A model generated the notes under the pieces. The model ran no database searches and was not told where the DNA came from. It saw nothing but the letters and a program-made list of their open reading frames with translations. Source: Eubacteriales bacterium (GTDB lineage: Bacteria; Bacillota; Clostridia; Oscillospirales; CAG-272). From it: 35,030 nucleotides of DNA. Positions 24,843-31,634 of the stretch are shown in pieces. The number at the start of each line of letters is the position of its first letter. Position 1 is the first letter of the stretch. The position numbers and the translations under genes were made by a program. Where the stretch lies: the NCBI GenBank assembly GCA_045533315.1, contig JAZSHN010000116.1, positions 1 to 35,030 on the forward strand. The letters run 5' to 3'.

Positions 24843-24871
24843 ATTTTAACATAAACACGCGCGCTTGTCAA
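24843..24871 (-). promoter_or_regulatory. Consensus-like promoter for the ThyX-like/pth/mfd operon
   Basis: On the minus strand: TTGACA (24871-24866), 17-nt spacer, TAAAAT (24848-24843), about 25-30 nt upstream of the GGAGG/ATG of the ThyX-like gene. Confidence 0.5.
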
Positions 24872-24946
24872 TTACGGGCACGCATTTGTGCTCTAAATAT
24901 TTAAAAATTCGTTTCATCCGACGCCGTGTGTCCGAAAATTACTTTA

Positions 24947-24981
24947 CAAAAGTAAAAGCGGGACCGCCTTTGCAGTCCCGC
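24947..24981 (-). terminator. Rho-independent terminator ending the ABC-transporter/DUF3899 transcription unit
   Basis: On the minus strand: GCGGGAC, a 10-nt loop, GTCCCGC (plus-strand coordinates 24958-24981), followed by TTTTACTTTT. Confidence 0.65.
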
Positions 24982-24989
24982 AGTCGGCA

Positions 24990-25430
24990 TCAAGCCGTAT
25001 AAAACAGTATTAAGAATACAATTCCGACAAGGGTAAATCCCACACCGACATAAAGCAAAAACGAATAGCCCGTAAGCCTGCTTTTGTCCTTTCTCTGCTT
25101 GTAATCCGCGTATTTTTCATCCTTGTAAATCCTCATACCCGGGATAAGCGATCTTCCCGCAACGCTGAAGCCGTAGGAAATCATATCGAAAAATCCCGTG
25201 GTTGATATCCAAACAAGAACGAAAAGCATTATTCCGAGCATACCCGGAAGCACAAACGCATCCGACAAAATCGCATACAGCTCCGCCGTCGGATAGGACA
25301 CGGTAAACACGTTTCTTAACGAAAGAAAGAATACGCTTACCGCCGCGAATACGAGAATGGAAATCCCGTATTTTATAAGAGATTTTTTATTCACCTTGAA
25401 GCTCTTTTCTGTACTTATTTTCCTCCGCAT
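24990..25430 (-). CDS. Small membrane protein, DUF3899-like
   Basis: About 146 aa from the ATG at 25430; a GTG at 25394 is an alternative start. There are three or four hydrophobic helices and a YKDEKYADYKQRKDKSRL loop, as I recall for DUF3899 proteins. The start is uncertain: the ATG overlaps the upstream ATPase gene by 44 nt and neither candidate has a good RBS. Confidence 0.65.
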   Translation of the reverse strand: MRRKISTEKSFKVNKKSLIKYGISILVFAAVSVFFLSLRNVFTVSYPTAELYAILSDAFVLPGMLGIMLFVLVWISTTGFFDMISYGFSVAGRSLIPGMRIYKDEKYADYKQRKDKSRLTGYSFLLYVGVGFTLVGIVFLILFYTA

Positions 25431-26625
25431 CGTTGCAGTATACAAAGTGACCGGGCGAAACCTCGCGAAGCGAGGGGGTATCCACGGAATAATCGTGCTC
25501 TGCAAGAGCGTTGTAAACTATTCTCTTTCTCTTTTTCTCGCTTATCGGGTCGGGAAGCGGAATAGCCGAAAGCAGAGAGCGCGTATACGGATGAAGCGGA
25601 TGACGGAAAAGCTCCTCCGAATCGGCAAGCTCCACAAGCTTTCCAAAGTACATAACTCCGATACGGTCGGAGAAATACTTTACAACCGAAAGGTCGTGAG
25701 CGATGAACAGAATGGTAAGACCAAGCTGCTCCTTCAGCTCGTTGAGCAGGTTAATAACCTGTGCCTGAATAGAAACGTCAAGAGCCGAAACAGGCTCGTC
25801 GGCGATAATCATTTCGGGAAGAATAATTACCGATCGGGCAATACCGATTCTCTGCTTCTGACCGCCCGAAAACTCGTGGGGGTATCTTCCCGCGTGCTCT
25901 CTTACAAGTCCGACAAGCTCAAGAATCTCGTACACCTTTTCGTCGATGTACTCCTTGTCCTTTATTCCGTTGATCACAAGCCCCTCCGAAATAATCTCTC
26001 TTACCGTCATACGGGGGTTAAGAGAGGACACGGGGTCCTGGAAAATCATCTGAATCTGTGTAACAAGGCGGGTTTTCGATGCAACGCGGCGCTTTGACTT
26101 ATATTCCCTTTTAAGCCTTGCAGCCTCGTCGGCATTGCCCGAATTTGTTGCCGCCTCTATAAGAGGAAGATACTCCGCATCCACCTGTGCAACGAGCTTT
26201 GCGGCATAGTTCTTGTCACAGCTCCTTGCCTCGGCAACCGCGGTCTTCATCTCGGCGCGCACCTGTGCGATTTTTCCGTCTCGCTCCTTGGTGAGTGCCG
26301 CCCTCTGCTCCTTTTCGGAGGAGGCGATTTTTTCGGCATATTCCTTTTTAATCGCGGCGATTTGGTCGGTATAGCCGCGAGTGCCCGCGGCGATGCGCTG
26401 TCCCTTATAGAACACGTTACCGCCCGTAATCTCGTGAATCTTGATTATGGAGCGTCCCGTTGTGGTTTTTCCGCATCCCGACTCTCCGACAAGACCAAAA
26501 ACCTCTCCCTTTTTAATATCAAAGGATACGTGGTCAACCGCGTGAAGCTCGCGCGAGCCGAGCTTAAAGTATTGGCAGAGATTATCTACACGAAGCAAAA
26601 CGTCGTTTGGTATCTTGTTATCCAT
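25387..26625 (-). CDS. ABC transporter ATP-binding protein, OppF-like, with a ~110-aa helical insertion
   Basis: Motifs: Walker A GESGCGKTT, Q-loop IQMIFQDPVSSLNP, signature FSGGQKQRIGIA, Walker B MIIADEPVSALD, and the oligopeptide-transporter C-terminal HPYT motif (LHPYTRSLL). The ATG at 26625 has GGAGGAG 6 nt upstream and overlaps the upstream ATPase stop by 8 nt. Confidence 0.9.
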   Translation of the reverse strand: MDNKIPNDVLLRVDNLCQYFKLGSRELHAVDHVSFDIKKGEVFGLVGESGCGKTTTGRSIIKIHEITGGNVFYKGQRIAAGTRGYTDQIAAIKKEYAEKIASSEKEQRAALTKERDGKIAQVRAEMKTAVAEARSCDKNYAAKLVAQVDAEYLPLIEAATNSGNADEAARLKREYKSKRRVASKTRLVTQIQMIFQDPVSSLNPRMTVREIISEGLVINGIKDKEYIDEKVYEILELVGLVREHAGRYPHEFSGGQKQRIGIARSVIILPEMIIADEPVSALDVSIQAQVINLLNELKEQLGLTILFIAHDLSVVKYFSDRIGVMYFGKLVELADSEELFRHPLHPYTRSLLSAIPLPDPISEKKRKRIVYNALAEHDYSVDTPSLREVSPGHFVYCNDAEENKYRKELQGE

Positions 26626-28816
26626 CAATATCTCCTCCGTTCTTCGCTCTCATTCGCGCTATGCGCTCCTTTATTGCCTTGGGAATGTCAACCTCGGGTG
26701 CGTCGGGGTGAAGCAGCCAGGTTGCCGCCCTGTGCGTTTCGGAAATCTCGAACATCGGGGGCTGCATCTCGAAATCTATCTTCATCGCGTACTTGTTTCT
26801 CGCGGCAAAGGCATCGCCGACGGGAGGATAAATAAGATTGGGAGGTGTGCCCGGAATTGCATCAAGCTTTTCGCTTGTATCAAGGTCGGGCATAGAGGAA
26901 AGCAATGCCCAGGTGTAGGGGTGACGGGGGTCGTAGAACACGTCCTCGCTCGTTCCCTCCTCGACGATTTTACCTGCGTACATAACGGCAATTCTGTCCG
27001 CCATATTTGCAACAACGCCAAGGTCGTGGGTAATGAATATTACCGAGAGATTTCTCTCGCTCTTGAGCTTATTGATAAGCTCAAGAATCTGTGCCTGAAT
27101 GGTTACGTCAAGTGCGGTCGTCGGCTCGTCGCAGATAAGAATATCGGGATTAGCCGCAAGCGCGATTGCAATAACTATTCTCTGGCGCATACCGCCCGAA
27201 AACTCGAACGGATACTGATTATATCGGATGCGGGCATCGGGAATACCGACCTCGTCCATAAGCTTTATTGCCTTGTCGCGTGCCATTCTCTTGGTTATTT
27301 TATAAACAACCTCGGAGGCTCTCTCCTTTAAATAGTCGATAAGTCCTATTGCGTGGGCGTGAATATCCCTCTCCGCCGCCCCTTCAAGCGTGCGGTTATA
27401 GTCGCGCGAAAGCCTGTCGATAACCGAAAGTATCTCGGCACGAAGGTCGTCAAGGTCATAAACGTTCTTCGGTGCGACCTTCCAGTCAACCTTTTTACCG
27501 CGAGCGACAAGAGCCTCGCGCCTTGCGCTCTGCTTCTCGTATCTTGCCTCCTCCTTCGGATTCAGCTTTTCATAGCGGAAATATTTTTCCACCGCGGTTG
27601 TAAGCGAGCTGCCAAAGGTATACGCAACGTTATCCTTGATATATTCAAGGCGGTCGATGGAGTCCTCCACCTCCCCGATAATTTCCTTCGCTCTGTTGCG
27701 TGCCTCCGCGGGAGTGAGAGCCGCCGAAGCGAAATACTCCCTTGCCACAGAAAGAGAGGAAAGCACTGCACGCTTTTTTGCAAGCGACCTTTGACGAGAA
27801 TTTTCAATGGCAAGCTCCTCGTACTTAATAAAGCCTTCCATAAACTCGCTGTTTAGATAATCGAGCGACATTTTGTTTACTTCGGCAATATTGGTGTAAT
27901 CGAGCTGTGCCTCGGGATTGCGAAGAAGGTAGTAGCCGATGCGGAAGAAATTGGGCTTTTCGGCTGACAGAAGTCTTTCCAGCAGCTTTTCCGTGCTGTC
28001 AAGTGCGGAAAGAAGTCCGTCGGAGAGCATATAGGTTTGCGCCTCTCCGTTTTCGTCCTTTGTCACCGCATAGGATTTTCTTTCAAGGGTGAGCGCGGAG
28101 CGAAGCGCATCTATTTCGCCGTCAGCCCCCGCACTGAAGAACGGATTTTTAACACGCTCCAGAATGCCTATAAATTCAAGAAGCGTCTTTTTCACCTCAA
28201 GCCTTTGCTTTTTCGAGGCGCGGAAAACGAAATCCTTTACGTCGGAAAGAAGCCCCTCCGCAGAGGTGTAGGCTACGTTATACGCATTTTCAAGCTTAAT
28301 TGCAAGAATGTTAAAGCCGTCAAAGGTTTCGATAATTTCGGGAATCTTCTCCGCATCCATTTCGGGATGTGCAGCCGCAGCCTCCAGCATATTCTGCTTC
28401 AGGCATTCAAGCATAGAGTTGAACTCCGCCCTTGCCCTTTTGCGGTTGGTTTTGTTTTTGAGAATCATCGCCTCGGTAATCTGGCGACCGATTTTTACAA
28501 TGGGGTCAAGGCTTGAAAGGGGGTCTTGGAAAATCATTGAGATTTTATCTCCCCTTATCTTACACATATCCTCCTCGGATATTTTAAGCATATCCTGACC
28601 GTCGTAGAGAATTTCGCCCGACTCTACGATGGAGTTTCCCGCAAGAATGCCGAGTATCGCCTTTGAGGTTACAGATTTGCCCGAGCCCGACTCTCCGACG
28701 ATTGCGAGGGTTTCGCCACGCTGAAGGTTAAAGGAAATGTTCCTTACCGCCTTGAGAATACCGCTGTTGGTACGGAAGGATATTTTGAGATTTTTTACTT
28801 CGAGAATGTTATCCAT
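26618..28816 (-). CDS. ABC transporter ATP-binding protein, OppD-like, with a ~400-aa insertion (732 aa total)
   Basis: Motifs: Walker A GESGSGKSV, Q-loop ISMIFQDPLSSLDP, signature FSGGMRQRIVIA, Walker B ILICDEPTTALD, H-loop ITHDLG, and RHPYTWALL. About 400 residues of helical, charged sequence separate the Q-loop region from the signature motif. Confidence 0.9.
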   Translation of the reverse strand: MDNILEVKNLKISFRTNSGILKAVRNISFNLQRGETLAIVGESGSGKSVTSKAILGILAGNSIVESGEILYDGQDMLKISEEDMCKIRGDKISMIFQDPLSSLDPIVKIGRQITEAMILKNKTNRKRARAEFNSMLECLKQNMLEAAAAHPEMDAEKIPEIIETFDGFNILAIKLENAYNVAYTSAEGLLSDVKDFVFRASKKQRLEVKKTLLEFIGILERVKNPFFSAGADGEIDALRSALTLERKSYAVTKDENGEAQTYMLSDGLLSALDSTEKLLERLLSAEKPNFFRIGYYLLRNPEAQLDYTNIAEVNKMSLDYLNSEFMEGFIKYEELAIENSRQRSLAKKRAVLSSLSVAREYFASAALTPAEARNRAKEIIGEVEDSIDRLEYIKDNVAYTFGSSLTTAVEKYFRYEKLNPKEEARYEKQSARREALVARGKKVDWKVAPKNVYDLDDLRAEILSVIDRLSRDYNRTLEGAAERDIHAHAIGLIDYLKERASEVVYKITKRMARDKAIKLMDEVGIPDARIRYNQYPFEFSGGMRQRIVIAIALAANPDILICDEPTTALDVTIQAQILELINKLKSERNLSVIFITHDLGVVANMADRIAVMYAGKIVEEGTSEDVFYDPRHPYTWALLSSMPDLDTSEKLDAIPGTPPNLIYPPVGDAFAARNKYAMKIDFEMQPPMFEISETHRAATWLLHPDAPEVDIPKAIKERIARMRAKNGGDIDG

Positions 28817-28817
28817 A

Positions 28818-30425
28818 TTAATCCTCCACTCCGCGCAACGACGGGTTGAAGGCGTCGCGCAATCCGTTACCGAACAGGTTAAAGCATATCATAAGAAGCG
28901 AAATTACCGCCGCGGGGAAAAGCATAAGATGCGGATACGTGGTCCAAAGCTTTTCCGCGTTGGAAAGAAGCGTACCGACGGAGGTTTGCGTCGGCGAGCC
29001 GAGAGATACGATGCCGAGATAGCTTAACATACTCTCGCTGAAGATAACGCTCGGTATTGCAAGCACCGAGGCGGTGATAATTGTTCCGAGCGTGTTCGGG
29101 AAGATGTGCTTCCAAATAACGCGCCTGTCCCTCGCGCCGAGGGTTCGTGCCGCCATTACGTATTCCTGGTTCTTAAAGCGGTAGAACTGCGTTCTTACAA
29201 GGCTTGCCGTGCCGATCCATCCCGTAAGCACGAATGCGAACAAAAGACTGGGTATCGGTCCCGCCTTCGCCGCCAGATGTATCTGGAACAGGGTTGCGAC
29301 GACAATGAACGGTATTCCCGAAAGAACGTAGGAAATGAACTCGAGAACGAGGTCGACGTTTCCTCCATAGTAGCCCTCGACAGCACCGTACATAGCGCCG
29401 AGAACAAAGTTAATAGCGAAAATACATACCGCAAGAAGAAGCGAAAGGCGAATACCGATAGCAAGCCTGTACGCCATATCGTAGCCCGACGTGTCGGTGC
29501 CGAAGAAGAACTGCGGCTCTCTTCCCTCGTGGGTGTATCTGTAATAGTTGTAGTAGAGCGTTCTTACACGCACCATTGCGGTTTCCTGTGTTCCGCCGCC
29601 AACGTAGTTAAAGTAAACGAGGTTGCCCTCACTATCTCTCTGATAATTTTCCTCAAGCACAAGGTCGTTGATGTCGTCGTACTTGATAACAACCGCGTTG
29701 CCCATATCGTTAATACGCACAGGCTCGCCCCTTGAATTGGTCTTGTACCACCAGTTTGCGGCGGTATTCGTATCGTTGGAGGACACGGCAAAGTTGTACT
29801 CGTTCTCGGCTATCATGGGGTAAAGGAGCTGGATACCCGTTTCCTCCTGCCATGCGAGCATACGCTGATACTCCTCCTGCTCAACCTCCTCGTGGGTAAA
29901 GCCGACCTGAAGATAGTCGTCAACCTTTGCGTTATACATAAGCTTTTCGTTTCTGCCCTGCATAACCTTTTCGATAGACTTAAGCTTCGTCACGGGCTGA
30001 AGCTCGTTGGGGGTTGCGAGTGCCGTGCCAATTGAGGGAATGCTTTCAAAATCGGTGCCTGCGGCAATGCCGATACCGACAATATGGGCAAAGCCCTTTT
30101 CGTTATACTGTATTTCAAGGTCGCCCGTCAAAAGCCCGATTTTCGAAAGCGCAAGGTTTCGCGGAACCTTGTTCTGATATCTTGTGTTTGCAACCGTACC
30201 GATATTTGCGGGGTTAAAGAACGGAACGATTATTGCAAAAAGCACGATGCAAAGAATAATTATAGCGGCAACAATCGATGCCTTGTTCTTGCAAAAGCGA
30301 TTCCATGCGTCGTGGAAATAGCCAATCGGCTTATCCTCGAATTTCTGGTCCTTTATACGCTCGCCGCGTGCGACGAACTCAAATTTTTCCTTTGGGATTG
30401 AAACAACGTTTATATCTTTTGCCAT
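28818..30425 (-). CDS. ABC transporter permease, OppC-like, with a ~230-aa extracytoplasmic insertion after TM1
   Basis: 535 aa. It has an OppC-type N-terminus (FHDAWNRFCKNKASIVAAIIILCIVLF), then a long hydrophilic loop, then the canonical FGTDTSGYDMAYRLAIGIRLSL and five more TM helices. Confidence 0.9.
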   Translation of the reverse strand: MAKDINVVSIPKEKFEFVARGERIKDQKFEDKPIGYFHDAWNRFCKNKASIVAAIIILCIVLFAIIVPFFNPANIGTVANTRYQNKVPRNLALSKIGLLTGDLEIQYNEKGFAHIVGIGIAAGTDFESIPSIGTALATPNELQPVTKLKSIEKVMQGRNEKLMYNAKVDDYLQVGFTHEEVEQEEYQRMLAWQEETGIQLLYPMIAENEYNFAVSSNDTNTAANWWYKTNSRGEPVRINDMGNAVVIKYDDINDLVLEENYQRDSEGNLVYFNYVGGGTQETAMVRVRTLYYNYYRYTHEGREPQFFFGTDTSGYDMAYRLAIGIRLSLLLAVCIFAINFVLGAMYGAVEGYYGGNVDLVLEFISYVLSGIPFIVVATLFQIHLAAKAGPIPSLLFAFVLTGWIGTASLVRTQFYRFKNQEYVMAARTLGARDRRVIWKHIFPNTLGTIITASVLAIPSVIFSESMLSYLGIVSLGSPTQTSVGTLLSNAEKLWTTYPHLMLFPAAVISLLMICFNLFGNGLRDAFNPSLRGVED

Positions 30426-30426
30426 A

Positions 30427-31389
30427 TTATCTCTCTCCCATTCTTATTCTCGGATCGATAAATCCGTAGCTTATATCTACAATAATACCCGCCAAAAGGC
30501 TTACGAAGGTATAGAAAATACTGTCCATCATAAATACGTCGTAGTCACGAAGAGTGACAGACTTTATATAAAGCTGACCTACGCCGGGTATCGAGAAAAT
30601 CTGCTCAATAATCATAGAGCCGCCAAGAATACCGATAAAGCTTCCGATAATACCGGGAAGAATCGGCACCATCGCGTTTTTGAGCGCGTGTCTTGTGGTA
30701 GCCTGTGCTCTTGTAAGCCCCTTTGTTCTCGCGAGAAGCATATAGTCCATTGTGAGCGTTTCGGTAAGCTCCGCACGGGTCGATCTTGCAAGACCCGCAA
30801 TAGTACCGAAGGAAAGCGAAAGAATCGCGGGAATCATAGAGTGGAACATTTTCCAGGTAATCCATCCGCCCGAATCGTTAAGCGAGAGGATTGTCGGAGG
30901 GAAAAGGTCCAGCTTGAAGTACAGGAAATACTGTACGAGGAATGCGTAAACGTAGCTCGGCACCGAAACGAAAAGGATAACCATAACGCTTACGAGGTGG
31001 TCCTGCCACTTATTCTTTTTAATTGCGGCGTAAATACCCGCAGCAATACCGACGGGAATAGCGAAAAGAAGCGAATAAAGGTTAACAAGCACCGTTGGCA
31101 AAAGACGTCCGACAAGAAGGTTCCAGGCGGGTGTCGTCGTGTCGATTTTCCAGGAGGTACCGAAATCCCATTCGGTAAATATACCCTTCAGATAATTAAA
31201 ATACTGTACCAAAAGGGGGTCGTTATAGCCACGCGCATCCCAAATCTGCTCTATTATATCCTTTTGCGCGGTGTTTATACCATCGGGCGGGGACATCGGC
31301 AATACTCGGATAAGCAAAAAGCAGATGGTTGTTATGCAAAACAGGGCTATAAGCATAAGCAATAATCGCTTAAAAATATACTTAATCAT
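30427..31389 (-). CDS. ABC transporter permease, OppB-like
   Basis: 320 aa. MIKYIFKRLLLMLIALFCITTICFLLIRVLP is the typical OppB/DppB N-terminus. An EAA-like loop (YMLLARTKGLTRAQATTRHALKNAMVPIL) is present. The stop and the next start are 1 nt apart. Confidence 0.9.
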   Translation of the reverse strand: MIKYIFKRLLLMLIALFCITTICFLLIRVLPMSPPDGINTAQKDIIEQIWDARGYNDPLLVQYFNYLKGIFTEWDFGTSWKIDTTTPAWNLLVGRLLPTVLVNLYSLLFAIPVGIAAGIYAAIKKNKWQDHLVSVMVILFVSVPSYVYAFLVQYFLYFKLDLFPPTILSLNDSGGWITWKMFHSMIPAILSLSFGTIAGLARSTRAELTETLTMDYMLLARTKGLTRAQATTRHALKNAMVPILPGIIGSFIGILGGSMIIEQIFSIPGVGQLYIKSVTLRDYDVFMMDSIFYTFVSLLAGIIVDISYGFIDPRIRMGER

Positions 31390-31558
31390 TTTTTCAACCT
31401 TTCAGAAGCGTAATACCGCCCCCGTTAACCGCACGGGAAAGCGGGAGTCGGCGGATGCGAAATAACAGACGCATCACGTGGATCTGATAAATAAAACGTC
31501 ATAAAATTGTCCGTTCTTGGTTTCAAACGGGCAAAAAACAGCCATCTCTAAACGGCAA

Positions 31559-31588
31559 GTAATGGGAGAACTCGCATTCTCCCATTAC
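31559..31588 (-). terminator. Strong intercistronic hairpin after the binding-protein gene (attenuator or mRNA-stability element)
   Basis: GTAATGGGAGAA pairs with TTCTCCCATTAC, a 12-bp perfect stem with a 6-nt loop. On the minus strand it is followed by TTGCCGTTT, so the U tract is imperfect. It sits in the 245-nt gap between the binding-protein and first permease genes. Confidence 0.45.
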
Positions 31589-31634
31589 CCATTATTCTAT
31601 GTCAAAAGACAAATTTTACACTTAAATTTTAAAA

